A stretch of DNA of 63,474 bases, counting the filler. It is 5 parts of 5 records of this genome, joined end to end, with 100 filler letters (N's around TTAATTAATTAA, not from the genome) between each part and the next. Parts side by side here need not be neighbours in the genome. Positions count along the whole stretch, not along the records: positions 1 to 24,005 come from DRR723986_8740; 4 more parts are not named here. One strand, given 5' to 3'. Shown one piece after another: positions 9,795-21,937 of this stretch; positions within the stretch are counted from its first letter, which is position 1; each line of letters begins with the position of its first letter. Position numbers and translations under genes: made by a program. The notes beneath the pieces were generated by a model. It did no database searches and had not been told where the DNA came from. It worked only from the letters and a program-made list of their open reading frames with translations.

Positions 9795-10208
9795 ATGTCA
9801 AACACTGTTGCGAAGAAACGTCCGGAGTACCGGAATATTCATGTCACACAAATTCTTAAATACAGGCTCCCGCTGGCCGGCAAGCTGTCCATTTTGCACC
9901 GCGTCAGTGGCGCTGTGCTGTTCCTGGCGCTCCCAGTCATTCTCCTGCCGCTTTTCGACAAAAGCATCACTTCCGAACTCACCTTCCTGGAAATGCAATC
10001 GCTGGTCAGTAGCCCGCTGGTCAAAATTGTTCTGCTGGGCCTGATCTGGTCTTATCTGCATCACTTTGCCGCGGGTATTCGCTATCTGGTGCTGGACATG
10101 CACGTGGGCACTGAAAAGTACGCAGCCAGCAAAAGCGCCGGTATTGTGTTCGCAGTCAGCTTGAGCTTGACCGCCTTGTTCGGTCTGAAACTGTTCGGAG
10201 TGTTTTAA
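9795..10208 (+). CDS. sdhC: Succinate dehydrogenase cytochrome b556 subunit
   Basis: SILHRVSG and HHFAAGIRYL motifs; first gene of the sdh operon. Confidence 0.95.
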   Translation: MSNTVAKKRPEYRNIHVTQILKYRLPLAGKLSILHRVSGAVLFLALPVILLPLFDKSITSELTFLEMQSLVSSPLVKIVLLGLIWSYLHHFAAGIRYLVLDMHVGTEKYAASKSAGIVFAVSLSLTALFGLKLFGVF

Positions 10209-10210
10209 TC

Positions 10211-10588
10211 ATGGGCAATAACATTGGTTCCAAGCGCCTGGTGGTTGGCGCACATTACGGCCTGAAAGAATGGGTGGCACAACGCATTACAGCGGTCATC
10301 ATGGCGGTGTACACAATCGGTCTGTTTCTGGCCGTGCTGTTTACTCCCGATCTTGACTACGCGAAGTGGGTCGGTTTCTTCAACTTCACGGTTTTGTCTT
10401 TCCCATTGGGCAAAATTCTTGCACTGCTGGCCATTCTGTCGCTGTGCTATCACGCTTACATCGGTATTCGCGACATCTGGATGGACTACGTCAAACCCAC
10501 CGGTATTCGTCTTACGTTGCAAGTTTTTACAGCGTTGTGGTTGCTCGGTGCGGCCGGTTACGCTGCTGACATTCTCTGGAGGGTCTAA
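10211..10588 (+). CDS. sdhD: Succinate dehydrogenase hydrophobic anchor
   Basis: [12 protein letters not shown] and [15 protein letters not shown] motifs. Confidence 0.95.
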   Translation: MGNNIGSKRLVVGAHYGLKEWVAQRITAVIMAVYTIGLFLAVLFTPDLDYAKWVGFFNFTVLSFPLGKILALLAILSLCYHAYIGIRDIWMDYVKPTGIRLTLQVFTALWLLGAAGYAADILWRV

Positions 10589-10590
10589 AA

Positions 10591-12372
10591 GTGACTGCAG
10601 TTAAAACTTCCCTTCCTCGTCGCAAATTCGACGCGGTGATCGTAGGTGCGGGTGGCGCGGGCATGCGCTGTTCGCTCCAGTTGGCAGAGGCTGGTCTGAA
10701 TGTAGCCGTGCTGTCCAAAGTATTCCCCACACGTTCACACACAGTGGCCGCGCAGGGTGGTATCGGCGCGTCGCTGGGCAATATGTCCGACGACAGCTGG
10801 TACTGGCATATGTTCGACACCGTGAAAGGTTCTGACTACCTGGGCGACCAGGATGCGATCGAATTCATGTGTCGTGAAGCGCCCAAAGTGGTTTACGAGC
10901 TTGAACACTTTGGCATGCCCTTTGACCGCAACCCAGATGGCACCATTTATCAGCGCCCATTTGGTGGCCACACTGCCAACTTCGGTGAAAAGCCGGTTCA
11001 GCGCGCTTGCGCTGCTGCCGACCGCACAGGTCACGCCCTGTTGCACACCTTGTACCAGCGCAACGTACGCGCGCGTACCCAGTTCTTCGTCGAGTGGATG
11101 GCGCTTGACATTATTCGTGATGCCGACGGTGACGTGGTGGGTGTAACCGCCCTGGAAATGGAAACCGGCGAGATGATGGTTCTGGAAGCCAAAACCACCG
11201 TGTTTGCCACAGGCGGTGCAGGCCGAATTTGGGATGCGTCCACCAACGCCTTCATCAACACAGGCGATGGCATGGGCATGGCCGCACGCGCTGGCATTCC
11301 TCTGGAAGACATGGAATTCTGGCAGTTCCACCCGACAGGTGTAGCCGGCGCCGGTGTTCTGGTGACCGAAGGCGTTCGCGGCGAAGGCGGTATTTTGCTG
11401 AACAGCGAAGGCGAGCGTTTCATGGAACGCTACGCCCCAACCCTGAAAGACCTGGCTCCGCGCGACTTCGTGTCACGTTCAATGGACCAGGAGATTAAGG
11501 AAGGCCGTGGTTGTGGTCCCAACAAAGATTATGTGTTGCTGAAGCTTGATCACTTGGGCGCGGACACGATCATGAAGCGTTTGCCCTCTATTCGCGAAAT
11601 TGCGATCAAGTTCGCCAACGTAGACCCGATCAAAGAGCCTATTCCTGTAGTGCCTACCATTCACTATCAAATGGGCGGTATTCCAACCAACGTGTACGGC
11701 CAGGTAGTAGCCCCCAAGGTACCGGGCGGTCCCAGCGAAATCATCAATGGCATGTACGCGATTGGTGAATGTGCCTGTGTGTCCGTTCATGGTGCAAACC
11801 GCTTGGGTACCAACTCCCTGCTCGATTTGATCGTGTTTGGTCGCGCAGCCGGCAACCACATCGTAAACAGCAATCTGAAGGCCCGTAGCCACAAGGAATT
11901 GCCAGCTGACGGCGCTGACCTCACATTGGCGCGCGTGAACAAGCTGATGACATCGACCAGCGGCGAGAACACCCGGGTTGTAGCCGATGCGATTCGCAAG
12001 GGCATGCAGTACCATTGCGGCGTGTTCCGTACCACCGAGTTGATGAACTCTGGCGTAACCAAGATTAATGATCTCGCCGAACAAGCCGAACACATTCATT
12101 TGAAAGACAAGTCCAAAGTGTTCAACACTGCGTTGGTAGAAGCTTTGGAGCTGGCCAACCTGCAGGAAACTGCCAAGGCCACCATGGTGTCTGCTGCTGC
12201 CCGTGAAGAAAGCCGTGGTGCGCATGCTCACCGCGATTTCCCTGAACGCGATGATGACAAGTGGATGCGTCACAGCCTGTGGTATTCCGAGGGCAACCGC
12301 CTGGACTACAAGCCAGTGAACCTGAAGCCCATGACAGTTGAAACCTTCCAGCCCAAAAAGCGGACGTTCTAA
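10591..12372 (+). CDS. sdhA: Succinate dehydrogenase flavoprotein
   Basis: [16 protein letters not shown] (FAD-His) and [11 protein letters not shown] motifs. Confidence 0.98.
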   Translation: MTAVKTSLPRRKFDAVIVGAGGAGMRCSLQLAEAGLNVAVLSKVFPTRSHTVAAQGGIGASLGNMSDDSWYWHMFDTVKGSDYLGDQDAIEFMCREAPKVVYELEHFGMPFDRNPDGTIYQRPFGGHTANFGEKPVQRACAAADRTGHALLHTLYQRNVRARTQFFVEWMALDIIRDADGDVVGVTALEMETGEMMVLEAKTTVFATGGAGRIWDASTNAFINTGDGMGMAARAGIPLEDMEFWQFHPTGVAGAGVLVTEGVRGEGGILLNSEGERFMERYAPTLKDLAPRDFVSRSMDQEIKEGRGCGPNKDYVLLKLDHLGADTIMKRLPSIREIAIKFANVDPIKEPIPVVPTIHYQMGGIPTNVYGQVVAPKVPGGPSEIINGMYAIGECACVSVHGANRLGTNSLLDLIVFGRAAGNHIVNSNLKARSHKELPADGADLTLARVNKLMTSTSGENTRVVADAIRKGMQYHCGVFRTTELMNSGVTKINDLAEQAEHIHLKDKSKVFNTALVEALELANLQETAKATMVSAAAREESRGAHAHRDFPERDDDKWMRHSLWYSEGNRLDYKPVNLKPMTVETFQPKKRTF

Positions 12373-12394
12373 TCAAGGTTACGAGGTACAGAAA

Positions 12395-13111
12395 ATGAGT
12401 GAAAAGAGAATCGTACGTTTTGAAATTTATCGCTACGACCCGGACACCGGCGAAGCGCCAAAAATGCAAAAGCTGGAAGTTGAGCTACAGCCCACTGACA
12501 AAATGTTGCTGGATGCGCTGATGCGCATCAAGAGCGACGTCGATGAATCACTGGCCTATCGCCGTTCATGCCGTGAAGGCGTGTGCGGTTCCGATGCCAT
12601 GAACATCAACGGCAAAAACGGTTTGGCTTGTATTACCAACCTGCGCGACTTGAAGCAGCCTATCGTGCTCAAGCCGCTGCCCGGTTTGCCCGTGGTGCGC
12701 GACCTGATCGTCGACATGACCCAGTTTTTCAAGCAGTACCATTCCATCAAGCCTTACCTGGTGAACGACACACCCCCTCCTGAAAAGGAGCGTTTGCAGT
12801 CACCCGAAGAGCGCGAAGAGCTGGATGGTCTGTATGAGTGCATTTTGTGTGCCTGTTGTTCGACCAGTTGCCCGTCATTCTGGTGGAACCCTGACAAGTT
12901 CGTGGGTCCAGCCGGTTTGTTGCAAGCCTATCGTTTCATTGCAGACAGCCGCGATCAAACTACTGGTGAGCGTTTGGACAACCTGGAAGATCCATACCGT
13001 TTGTTCCGCTGCCACACCATTATGAACTGTGTGGACGTGTGTCCAAAAGGCTTGAACCCCACCAAGGCAATTGGCAAGATCAAGGAATTGATGGTGCGTC
13101 GCGCCGTCTAG
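12395..13111 (+). CDS. sdhB: Succinate dehydrogenase iron-sulfur subunit
   Basis: [22 protein letters not shown] and [12 protein letters not shown] motifs; start placed at MSEKR (12395). Confidence 0.97.
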   Translation: MSEKRIVRFEIYRYDPDTGEAPKMQKLEVELQPTDKMLLDALMRIKSDVDESLAYRRSCREGVCGSDAMNINGKNGLACITNLRDLKQPIVLKPLPGLPVVRDLIVDMTQFFKQYHSIKPYLVNDTPPPEKERLQSPEEREELDGLYECILCACCSTSCPSFWWNPDKFVGPAGLLQAYRFIADSRDQTTGERLDNLEDPYRLFRCHTIMNCVDVCPKGLNPTKAIGKIKELMVRRAV

Positions 13112-13140
13112 AACCCTTGTTCGGATTTTTTTGTTCAAAT

Positions 13141-13173
13141 CGGGGTTGTGCACTGCAAAACCCCGTTTTTTTT
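13141..13173 (+). terminator. Intrinsic terminator between sdhB and sdhE
   Basis: CGGGGTT...AACCCCG stem followed by T8. Confidence 0.65.
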
Positions 13174-13183
13174 GTTGTAGTTT

Positions 13184-13456
13184 ATGTCTAATCAGAGTCA
13201 TCAGGCGGATCCAACTCAACGTGCCCGTTTACGCTGGCGCGCCAGACGAGGCCTATTGGAAAACGACCTGATTATCGAACGATTTTTCGACAAGCATGAA
13301 ATGGAATTGACCAACGATGACGTACAGGCGTTGACTGTGCTGTTTGAGGAGGTTGACAACGTGTTGCTTGACCTATTCCTTGGCCGAAAAGAGCCGGAAG
13401 GGGATCTGGATACACCTGGTGTGCGCAAGGTAATCCAGATGATGCGAGAACTTTAA
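13184..13456 (+). CDS. sdhE: FAD assembly factor SdhE
   Basis: [15 protein letters not shown] (RGxxE) motif. Confidence 0.9.
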   Translation: MSNQSHQADPTQRARLRWRARRGLLENDLIIERFFDKHEMELTNDDVQALTVLFEEVDNVLLDLFLGRKEPEGDLDTPGVRKVIQMMREL

Positions 13457-13482
13457 TTTCAATCCCATTAGAAGGAAATCCG

Positions 13483-14790
13483 ATGAGCACAGAACACAAG
13501 GCCACGCTGTCTTTTTCAGACGGCACCCCTTCGGTAGAATTTCCCATTCACAAAGGCACCATTGGTCCCGATGTGATCGACATCCGAAAGCTGTATGGAT
13601 CCACCGGCAAATTCACCTACGATCCTGGCTTCCTGTCCACAGCCTCCTGCAATTCATCCATTACCTACATTGACGGTGACAAGGGCGAACTGCTGTATCG
13701 CGGCTATCCCATCGAGCAGCTGGCTCAGCACTGCGACTTCATGGACGTATGCTACTTGCTGTTGAACGGTGAGTTGCCCAATGCCGCTGAAAAGAAAACA
13801 TTTGACGACCTGGTGACCAAGCACACCATGGTCAACGAGCAGATGAACTTCTTCCTGCGTGGTTTCCGCCGCGACGCACACCCCATGGCGGTGATGACTG
13901 GTCTGGTGGGCGGAATGTCTGCTTTCTATCCAGATTCCATGAATCTTTTGGACAAGAACCAGCGCGACATTTCTGCAATCCGCTTGATTGCCAAGATGCC
14001 AACTTTGGTGGCCATGGCCTACAAATATGGCATCGGCGCACCCAATATTTATCCGAAGAACGAACTCAGCTACACCGCCAACTTCATGCGAATGATGTTT
14101 GGCAACCCGTGCGAAGAGTACCAAGTCAATGATGTGCTGGTGCGCGCCATGGACCGTATCTTCATTTTGCATGCAGATCACGAGCAAAACGCATCCACTT
14201 CTACAGTTCGCCTGTGTGCCTCATCTGGTACGAATCCTTTTGCTGCGATTGCGGCAGGCGTGGCCTGTTTGTGGGGCCCGTCACATGGTGGCGCCAACGA
14301 AGCCTGCCTGAACATGCTGACTGAAATCCAGGCCAACGGCGGTGTCGAGAAGATCGGTGACTTCATTGCCAAGGTAAAAGACAAGGATTCAGGTGTTCGC
14401 TTGATGGGCTTTGGCCACCGCGTGTACAAGAATTATGACCCACGCGCCAAGCTGATGCGTGAAACTTGCCACGAAGTACTGAACGAGCTGGGCCTGCATG
14501 ATGATCCTCTGTTCAAGATTGCGATGGCCTTGGAAAAGATTGCGCTGGAAGACGAATACTTCGTGAAGCGTAAGCTGTACCCGAACGTGGATTTCTACTC
14601 AGGTATCGTACAAAAGGCTATCGGTATTCCTGTGCCTTTGTTTACAGCCATTTTCGCGTTGGCCCGCACCGTGGGCTGGATTGCCCAATTGAACGAGATG
14701 ATTGCAGACCCCGAGTACAAGATCGGCCGTCCTCGTCAGTTGTTCAATGGTGCCGCGCACCGCAACGTGAAGCCAATCGACCAGCGTTGA
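13483..14790 (+). CDS. gltA: Type II citrate synthase
   Basis: [32 protein letters not shown] and YPNVDFYSG motifs. Confidence 0.98.
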   Translation: MSTEHKATLSFSDGTPSVEFPIHKGTIGPDVIDIRKLYGSTGKFTYDPGFLSTASCNSSITYIDGDKGELLYRGYPIEQLAQHCDFMDVCYLLLNGELPNAAEKKTFDDLVTKHTMVNEQMNFFLRGFRRDAHPMAVMTGLVGGMSAFYPDSMNLLDKNQRDISAIRLIAKMPTLVAMAYKYGIGAPNIYPKNELSYTANFMRMMFGNPCEEYQVNDVLVRAMDRIFILHADHEQNASTSTVRLCASSGTNPFAAIAAGVACLWGPSHGGANEACLNMLTEIQANGGVEKIGDFIAKVKDKDSGVRLMGFGHRVYKNYDPRAKLMRETCHEVLNELGLHDDPLFKIAMALEKIALEDEYFVKRKLYPNVDFYSGIVQKAIGIPVPLFTAIFALARTVGWIAQLNEMIADPEYKIGRPRQLFNGAAHRNVKPIDQR

Positions 14791-14811
14791 TTGACATTGC
14801 GGTTTGAACAG

Positions 14812-14836
14812 AAAGCCACCTTCGGGTGGCTTTTTT
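14812..14836 (+). terminator. Intrinsic terminator after gltA
   Basis: AAAGCCACC-TTCG-GGTGGCTTTTTT. Confidence 0.9.
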
Positions 14837-14984
14837 CATTTTCACCACATTTTTCACATTCATCCTCGTTAGGGCTTTAGTGCGCTTTCTCTAATCTGAT
14901 ATCCTTGGGGCTTAACTCTTAAAGCAGTTTTTTCTGCTTTTTGCTATCTGGTTAGGGGCAGGGGCTCCACAAACCAGACGGGGA

Positions 14985-15092
14985 GTGCGGTTTAACCCAC
15001 GTGTGTAGGGATTCGGTCCGATGGCAATAGCCAAGGTCGAGTCCGAACCCCACATCTTTGAAACGAGAAACTCGGAAAAAGGTGAAGCGCAA
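14985..15092 (+). ncRNA. Structured sucA 5' leader (sucA RNA motif-like)
   Basis: Contains GCGGTTTAACC, a long interrupted stem (TGTG/CACA, GGG/CCC, TTCGG/CCGAA, TGGC-AATA-GCCA) and AAAGGTGAAGC before the ATG. This is the position of the betaproteobacterial sucA motif. Confidence 0.6.
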
Positions 15093-17951
15093 ATGATGCG
15101 ATCATTTCAACAAAACTCGTATTTGTTCGGGGGCAATGCGCCCTATGTCGAAGAAATGTACGAGGCGTACCTGGACAACCCAGGCTCCGTGCCAGACAAA
15201 TGGCGCGCCTATTTTGACCAAATGCAAATGGTGCCTTCCGCTCACGGCGACGTGAACGAGAAAGATGTAGCCCACGCGCCGGTCGTTCAGTCCTTTGCTC
15301 AACGCGCGAAAAAAGGCTTCTTGCAACCCCAGATTCAGTCTGCTGACCTGGAAGTGGCCAAAAAGCAGGTGCACGTACAGTCTATCGTGGCTGCGTATCG
15401 CTTTCTGGGCTCGCGTTTTGCAGACCTTGATCCGCTCAAGCGCCAGGAACGCCCGGAAATTCCCGAACTTGACCCGGCTTTTTACGGCCTGACTGAAGCG
15501 GACATGGACATCACGTTCTCCGCTACCAATACCTATTTCGGCCAGGATCAAATGACCCTTCGCGAGATCGTGAAGGCGCTGCGCGACACCTACTGCCGAT
15601 CCATCGGCGTTGAATACATGCACATCAGCGATCCCGCGCAAAAACGCTGGTTGCAGGAACGCATGGAAACCAGCTTGGGCACTGCCCAATTGTCGGCCGA
15701 AGAAAAATTGCACATTCTGGAACGCTTAACCGCGGCTGAAGGTCTTGAGCGCTATTTGCATACCCGATATGTGGGTCAAAAGCGCTTTTCTCTGGAAGGT
15801 GGTGAATCCTTTATCGCTTCCCTTGATCATGTGATTCAACGCGGCGGTGCAAACGGTGTACAAGAAACCATCATTGGTATGGCTCACCGTGGTCGCCTGA
15901 ACGTATTGGTCAACATCTTGGGCAAGAGCCCCAGCCAGTTGTTTGAAGAATTTGAAGGCAAGCATGCTGATGACCTTCCGGCTGGTGATGTGAAGTATCA
16001 CCAAGGCTTCTCATCGGACGTAACCACCCCTGGTGGTCCCATGCACTTGTCTCTGGCGTTTAACCCCTCGCACCTTGAAATCGTGAACCCTGTGGTTGAA
16101 GGGTCTGTGAAAGCCCGTCAGGAGCGTCGAGGTGACAAGGAAGGCAAACAGGTATTGCCTGTATTGGTACATGGTGATGCCGCCTTTGCCGGACAGGGTG
16201 TGGTCATGGAAACCCTGAACCTCGTGCACACCCGCGGCTATGGCACGGGTGGTACGGTTCACATCGTGATCAATAACCAAATTGGTTTTACCACCTCCGA
16301 TCCCCGTGACAGCCGCTCCACGCTGTACTGCTCAGACGTGGTCAAGATGATTGAAGCGCCTGTCTTCCATGTAAACGGTGATGATCCTGAGGCGGTCATT
16401 TTCGTGACCCAACTGGCTTTGGACTTCCGAATGGAATTCCAGCAAGACGTGGTGATCGACATTGTTTGTTTCCGCAAATTGGGTCACAACGAACAAGACA
16501 CGCCTGCTGTTACACAGCCATTGATGTACAAGAAAATCGGCCAGCACCCCGGCACACGTGCTTTATACGCCGAGCGTCTGGTAATGCAGGGCATTTTGAC
16601 TGCCGATGGTGCAGAAAAACTGGTTGCAGATTTCCGTGCCGCCATGGACGAGGGCAAGCACAACCGTGCTGACCCCGTCTTGACCAATTACAAGAGCAAG
16701 TTTGCCGTTGATTGGTCACCGTACCTGAACAAGAAATGGACGGATGCAGCCGATACTTCGGTGCCGATTTCCGAAATCAAGCGTTTGTCAGAGCGCATTA
16801 CCACCGTACCCGAGAACTTCAAGGTTCACCCATTGGTACAAAAGGTGATTGCGGATCGTGCGGCCATGGGTCAGGGTGAAACCCTTCTGGATTGGGGCAT
16901 GGGTGAACACCTTGCTTTTGCCTCGTTGGTGTCATCCGGTTATGCCGTTCGCATCACAGGTCAGGATTGCGGGCGTGGAACCTTCACGCACCGTCATGCA
17001 GTGTTGCACCACCAGGGCCGTGAAAAGTGGAACGAAGGCACCTATATCCCGCTGGAAAATATTTCTGAAAACCAGGCCCCGTTTACCGTCATCGACTCTG
17101 TGTTGTCTGAAGAGGCAGTACTCGGTTTTGAATATGGTTACTCCACTGCTGAGCCCAACACCTTGGTGATTTGGGAAGCACAATTTGGCGACTTCGCCAA
17201 CGGTGCTCAAGTGGTAATTGACCAGTTCATTTCTTCCGGTGAAGTGAAGTGGGGTCGTGCATCCGGCCTGGTCATGATGTTGCCGCATGGTTACGAAGGG
17301 CAGGGGCCTGAGCACTCATCTGCGCGTATCGAGCGTTACTTGCAACTGTGCGCCGAAAACAATATGCAGGTTTGCCAGCCTACAACGCCGGCACAGATTT
17401 TCCACCTGTTGCGTCGCCAAATGATCCGCTTGTTCCGCAAGCCGTTGATCATCATGACGCCGAAATCTTTGTTGCGTCACAAAGAAGCAACGTCTTCTTT
17501 GCAAGACCTGTCCAAAGGCCACTTCCAGACCGTGATCGGCGACCAGGGCGACCTGGACGCCAGCAAAGTCAAGCGAGTGGTTCTTTGTTCCGGTCGAGTG
17601 TACTACGACCTGGTCGCCGCTCGTCGCGAGCGCAACATCAAAGATGTTGCCATCGCGCGAGTCGAGCAGCTGTATCCATTCCCGCACAAGTCATTGAGCG
17701 CAGAACTGCGCAAATACCCCAACCTGGCTGATGTGGTGTGGTGTCAGGATGAACCGCAAAACCAGGGTCCCTGGTTCCAGATCCAGCACAACGTGCTGGA
17801 AAACCTGTCCGAAGGACAGCGTTTGGGTTATGCGGGTCGCCCGGCTTCAGCGTCTCCGGCCGTGGGCTACTACGCCAAGCACAACGAACAGCAAAAAGCG
17901 CTGATCGATGCAGCATTTGGCAAGCTCAAGGGTTTCGTAGTTACGAAATAA
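15093..17951 (+). CDS. sucA: 2-oxoglutarate dehydrogenase E1
   Basis: GMAHRGRLN, HGDAAFAGQG and WEAQFGDF motifs; likely start is MMRSF at 15093. Confidence 0.97.
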   Translation: MMRSFQQNSYLFGGNAPYVEEMYEAYLDNPGSVPDKWRAYFDQMQMVPSAHGDVNEKDVAHAPVVQSFAQRAKKGFLQPQIQSADLEVAKKQVHVQSIVAAYRFLGSRFADLDPLKRQERPEIPELDPAFYGLTEADMDITFSATNTYFGQDQMTLREIVKALRDTYCRSIGVEYMHISDPAQKRWLQERMETSLGTAQLSAEEKLHILERLTAAEGLERYLHTRYVGQKRFSLEGGESFIASLDHVIQRGGANGVQETIIGMAHRGRLNVLVNILGKSPSQLFEEFEGKHADDLPAGDVKYHQGFSSDVTTPGGPMHLSLAFNPSHLEIVNPVVEGSVKARQERRGDKEGKQVLPVLVHGDAAFAGQGVVMETLNLVHTRGYGTGGTVHIVINNQIGFTTSDPRDSRSTLYCSDVVKMIEAPVFHVNGDDPEAVIFVTQLALDFRMEFQQDVVIDIVCFRKLGHNEQDTPAVTQPLMYKKIGQHPGTRALYAERLVMQGILTADGAEKLVADFRAAMDEGKHNRADPVLTNYKSKFAVDWSPYLNKKWTDAADTSVPISEIKRLSERITTVPENFKVHPLVQKVIADRAAMGQGETLLDWGMGEHLAFASLVSSGYAVRITGQDCGRGTFTHRHAVLHHQGREKWNEGTYIPLENISENQAPFTVIDSVLSEEAVLGFEYGYSTAEPNTLVIWEAQFGDFANGAQVVIDQFISSGEVKWGRASGLVMMLPHGYEGQGPEHSSARIERYLQLCAENNMQVCQPTTPAQIFHLLRRQMIRLFRKPLIIMTPKSLLRHKEATSSLQDLSKGHFQTVIGDQGDLDASKVKRVVLCSGRVYYDLVAARRERNIKDVAIARVEQLYPFPHKSLSAELRKYPNLADVVWCQDEPQNQGPWFQIQHNVLENLSEGQRLGYAGRPASASPAVGYYAKHNEQQKALIDAAFGKLKGFVVTK

Positions 17952-18019
17952 ATACAGGACGCGGGTTGGCCGTGTTGGCTACCCGCACTTGAACAAAGAA
18001 TTCAAAAGGAAAATATTCC

Positions 18020-19309
18020 ATGGCAATCGTAGAAGTGGTCGTACCACAACTGTCCGAATCTGTCGCCGAAGCAACGTTGTTGAATTGGTACAAAAAACCT
18101 GGTGACGCCGTAAAGCGCGACGAAAACCTGATCGACGTAGAGACCGACAAGGTGGTGCTGGAAGTGCCCGCACCCTCGGCTGGTGTGATCGTTGAAATTC
18201 TCTGCGAAGACGGTGCAACTGTTGTAGCGGGACAGGTCTTGGCAAAAATTGACACGGAAGCAAGTGCTTCCGCAAGCGCACCCGCAGCAGCACCAGCCCC
18301 GGCAGCGGCACCTGCTCCGGCCGCTGCACCAGCGGCAGCACCAGCTCCAGCCCCGTCAGCCAGCGTAGATGGCTCTGTGGCCATGCCAGCTGCGGCCAAA
18401 ATGATGGCTGAAAACAATTTGAGTGCGGGTCAAATCGCAGGCTCTGGTAAGGATGGTCGCATCACCAAAGGCGATGTGATCGGTGCCTTGAATGCACCCG
18501 CCGCAGCGCCTGCCTCGGCAGCAAAGCCCGCCGCTGCTCCAGCCGCCAAGCCGGTGAGTCTGTTGCCTGAGGTAAAGGCCCCTCTGGATCCCGCCACCTT
18601 GATTGAAGGTCGCCCTGAGCAGCGCGTGCCTATGAGCCGTTTGCGTGCCCGAGTGGCCGAGCGCTTGGTGCAGTCTCAGCAAACCAACGCCATTCTGACC
18701 ACATTCAACGAAGTGAACATGAAGCCGGTCATGGACCTGCGCAACAAGTACAAGGACAAGTTCGAAAAAGAACACGGTGCCAAACTTGGCTTCATGGGTT
18801 TCTTCGTGAAAGCCGCTGTGGCTGCCTTGAAAAAGTACCCTGTGTTGAATGCATCTGTTGATGGCAACGACATTGTGTACCACGGCTACTTCGACATTGG
18901 TATTGCGGTGGGTTCACCGCGCGGTTTGGTGGTGCCGATCATTCGCAATGCGGATCAAATGAGCATTGCCGACATTGAAATGAAGATTGCGGAGTTTGGG
19001 CAGAAGGCCAAAGATGGCAAGTTGAGCCTCGATGAGCTCACCGGCGGTACATTCTCGATATCGAACGGTGGCGTGTTCGGTTCCATGCTGTCCACCCCGA
19101 TCATCAACCCTCCCCAGTCTGCGATTTTGGGTATTCACGCCACAAAGGAGCGTGCAGTCGTTGAGAACGGCGAAATCGTGATTCGTCCCATGAACTATCT
19201 GGCCATGAGTTACGACCACCGTATTATTGATGGTCGCGAAGCGGTACTTGGCTTGGTCGCCATGAAGGAAGCCCTGGAAGATCCAGCTCGCTTGCTGCTG
19301 GAACTGTGA
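18020..19309 (+). CDS. sucB: Dihydrolipoamide succinyltransferase E2
   Basis: Lipoyl ETDKV, Ala/Pro linkers and DHRIIDG. Confidence 0.97.
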   Translation: MAIVEVVVPQLSESVAEATLLNWYKKPGDAVKRDENLIDVETDKVVLEVPAPSAGVIVEILCEDGATVVAGQVLAKIDTEASASASAPAAAPAPAAAPAPAAAPAAAPAPAPSASVDGSVAMPAAAKMMAENNLSAGQIAGSGKDGRITKGDVIGALNAPAAAPASAAKPAAAPAAKPVSLLPEVKAPLDPATLIEGRPEQRVPMSRLRARVAERLVQSQQTNAILTTFNEVNMKPVMDLRNKYKDKFEKEHGAKLGFMGFFVKAAVAALKKYPVLNASVDGNDIVYHGYFDIGIAVGSPRGLVVPIIRNADQMSIADIEMKIAEFGQKAKDGKLSLDELTGGTFSISNGGVFGSMLSTPIINPPQSAILGIHATKERAVVENGEIVIRPMNYLAMSYDHRIIDGREAVLGLVAMKEALEDPARLLLEL

Positions 19310-19319
19310 GGGGAGATTC

Positions 19320-20756
19320 ATGAGTACTCAATACGACGTAGTAGTAATCGGTGCGGGCCCTGGCGGCTATATTGCCGCCATTCGTGCAGGGCAGTTGGGC
19401 ATGAAGGTGGCCTGTATCGAAGGAAATGCCTACGATGATCCCAAAGGGGAACCGCGACTGGGTGGAACCTGTTTGAATGTGGGTTGTATCCCCTCCAAGG
19501 CGCTGTTGGCTTCCTCGGAGGAGTTTGAGAAGATTGCGCACCATGCAGAAGACCATGGCATCACCGTCACGGGTGCAAAAATGGATGTGGCCAAGATGAT
19601 CAAACGCAAGGATGACATCGTCACAAAAATGACAGGCGGTATCCAATATCTGTTCAAGAAAAACAAGGTCACACCCATCAAGGGTTGGGCCAGTTTTTCT
19701 GGCAAGGTGGATGGTGGGTTCGAGCTGACCGTGAAAAGCGCGGCTGGTGAAGAAAAGGTAACTGCCAAACAGGTGATCGTGGCGACAGGATCCAAAGCGC
19801 GTCATCTGCCTGGCATTACTGTCGACAATGAAATGGTTTGCGACAATGAAGGTGCACTCAAATTCAGTGCTGTCCCCAAGAAACTGGGTGTGATCGGCGC
19901 GGGTGTAATTGGGCTCGAATTGGGTTCAGTCTGGCGCCGTCTGGGTGCAGACGTCACGGTACTTGAAGCGATGCCTAATTTCCTGGCAGCGGCCGATGAA
20001 GGCGTCGCCAAGGAAATGCAGAAGATCTTCACCAAGCAAGGTTTGAAGATGAGCATGGGTGTGAAAATTGGTGAAGTGAAAGCCAGCAAGAAAGGCGTAT
20101 CGGTGGCATACACCGATGCAGATGGTGCGGCGCAGAAACTGGATTGTGACAAGCTGATTGTGTCTGTAGGTCGCGTGCCCAATACCGACGGTTTGAACTT
20201 GGAAGCGGTCGGTTTGAAAACCAATGAACGCGGTCAAATCGATGTGGATGCACACTGCCAAACTTTGGTCGCCGGAATCTATGCCATCGGCGACGTGATT
20301 CGCGGTGCCATGCTGGCCCACAAGGCAGAGGAAGAAGGCGTGATGGTTGCCGAGATCATGGCGGGACAGGCCGGTCATTGCAATTACGACACGATTCCCT
20401 GGGTCATTTACACCTCACCCGAAGTGGCTTGGGTTGGAAAAACAGAGCAGCAGTTGAAGCAGGAAGGTCGCAAATACAAGGCCGGTCAGTTTCCTTTCAT
20501 GGCCAATGGTCGCGCACTGGGCCAGGGCGATTCACAAGGTTTTGTCAAAGTGTTGGCTGATGCTTCGACCGATGAAGTTCTGGGTGTACACATCATCAAC
20601 AGCCATGCCTCCGATTTGATCGCCGAGGCGGTCATGGCGATGGAATTCAAAGCGTCGTCTGAGGACATCGGCCGAATTTGCCATGCGCACCCCAGCTTGT
20701 CTGAGGTGGTGAAGGAAGCGGCCTTGGCTTGTGACAAGCGTCAACTGAACGGTTAA
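19320..20756 (+). CDS. lpdA: Dihydrolipoamide dehydrogenase E3
   Basis: [20 protein letters not shown] and HAHPSLSE motifs. Confidence 0.97.
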   Translation: MSTQYDVVVIGAGPGGYIAAIRAGQLGMKVACIEGNAYDDPKGEPRLGGTCLNVGCIPSKALLASSEEFEKIAHHAEDHGITVTGAKMDVAKMIKRKDDIVTKMTGGIQYLFKKNKVTPIKGWASFSGKVDGGFELTVKSAAGEEKVTAKQVIVATGSKARHLPGITVDNEMVCDNEGALKFSAVPKKLGVIGAGVIGLELGSVWRRLGADVTVLEAMPNFLAAADEGVAKEMQKIFTKQGLKMSMGVKIGEVKASKKGVSVAYTDADGAAQKLDCDKLIVSVGRVPNTDGLNLEAVGLKTNERGQIDVDAHCQTLVAGIYAIGDVIRGAMLAHKAEEEGVMVAEIMAGQAGHCNYDTIPWVIYTSPEVAWVGKTEQQLKQEGRKYKAGQFPFMANGRALGQGDSQGFVKVLADASTDEVLGVHIINSHASDLIAEAVMAMEFKASSEDIGRICHAHPSLSEVVKEAALACDKRQLNG

Positions 20757-20838
20757 TATCAGGTTCAGTGTTAACTCACAACGGCTGGTGAATTATTTCA
20801 TCGGCCGTTTTTAATTCCACAGATTCAAATTCATCATC

Positions 20839-21930
20839 GTGAACGTTCAGGAATATTACAAACAAACTTTGGCCGAACGTGGTTACCAGTCGGACGCCGC
20901 ACAGCAAAAAGCGGTAGACCGCATGCAGCTTTTTTATGATGAGTTTGTTGAATATAAAAAAGCGCGTAGCAGCGTAATCAAAAAGTTCCTGAACCGACCT
21001 GCTGTGCCCAAGGGCTTGTATCTTTGGGGCGGGGTAGGCCGAGGTAAAAGCTTTTTGATGGATTGTTTTTACAACTCGGTCACTGTGCAGCGAAAGGTAC
21101 GTTTGCATTTTCATGAGTTCATGCGGGGTGTGCATGCTGAACTCGATGATCTGAAGGGAGTTCAGGATCCACTTGACGAAGTCGCATCGCGAATCGCCAA
21201 ACGCTACCGTTTGATTTGTTTTGATGAGTTTCATGTATCGGATATCGCAGATGCGATGATTCTTTATCGCTTGCTGGATGGTTTGTTTGCCAACGGTGTT
21301 ACTTTCCTGATGACGTCCAATTACAAGCCCGATGACCTCTACCCAGATGGTTTGCACCGTGACCGCCTTTTGCCGGCAATTGCCTTACTCAACAAGCAAC
21401 TGGATGTGATCAATGTCGATGTGGGGGTGGATTATCGTCGTCGTACATTGGAGCAATTGAATACCTACCTGATGCCGTTGGATGAAAGTGCAGACAAGCA
21501 GTTGACCGAGGATTTCAAGCGCTTGGCTGAGGTGGCTGACGAACCGGCAGAATTACAAATCGAATCTCGCGTGATCAAGGCGGTGCGACGTGCTGGCTCC
21601 GTAGTGTGGTTTGATTTCCCAACGCTGTGCGGTGGCCCGCGTTCCCAAAACGATTACCTTGAAATCGCGAGTCAATTTCAAACTGTGATTCTCAGCGGCG
21701 TACCCAAGATGGGCGCCGGTATGGCCTCAGAGGCCCGCAGGTTCACCTGGCTGATTGATGTGCTTTACGATCACAAAGTCAAGCTGATTATGTCGGCGGC
21801 TGTCGAACCGGAAGAGCTGTACACCGAAGGTGCAATGGCACATGAGTTTTTCCGCACGGTGAGCCGCATAGTTGAAATGCAGTCCAAGGAGTACCTGGAT
21901 TCGCCGAAGCGAAACGCCGTGCGGCTTTGA
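20839..21930 (+). CDS. zapE: Cell division ATPase ZapE (AFG1 family)
   Basis: GGVGRGKS, CFDEFHV and LYPDGLHR motifs. Confidence 0.9.
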   Translation: MNVQEYYKQTLAERGYQSDAAQQKAVDRMQLFYDEFVEYKKARSSVIKKFLNRPAVPKGLYLWGGVGRGKSFLMDCFYNSVTVQRKVRLHFHEFMRGVHAELDDLKGVQDPLDEVASRIAKRYRLICFDEFHVSDIADAMILYRLLDGLFANGVTFLMTSNYKPDDLYPDGLHRDRLLPAIALLNKQLDVINVDVGVDYRRRTLEQLNTYLMPLDESADKQLTEDFKRLAEVADEPAELQIESRVIKAVRRAGSVVWFDFPTLCGGPRSQNDYLEIASQFQTVILSGVPKMGAGMASEARRFTWLIDVLYDHKVKLIMSAAVEPEELYTEGAMAHEFFRTVSRIVEMQSKEYLDSPKRNAVRL

Positions 21931-21937
21931 CTCTTCC

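Noticed and set aside
15021-15092. N-terminal extensions in the ORF track (sucA; also sdhB, rpmB, the L,D-transpeptidase, g15 and cca)
   Set aside because: Downstream starts fit the RBS position and/or typical family length better, and the extensions overlap leaders or upstream genes.
18262-18362. GCAGCACCAGC-like tandem repeats in sucB
   Set aside because: They encode the ordinary Ala/Pro linker of E2 subunits; this is not a CRISPR array or VNTR.
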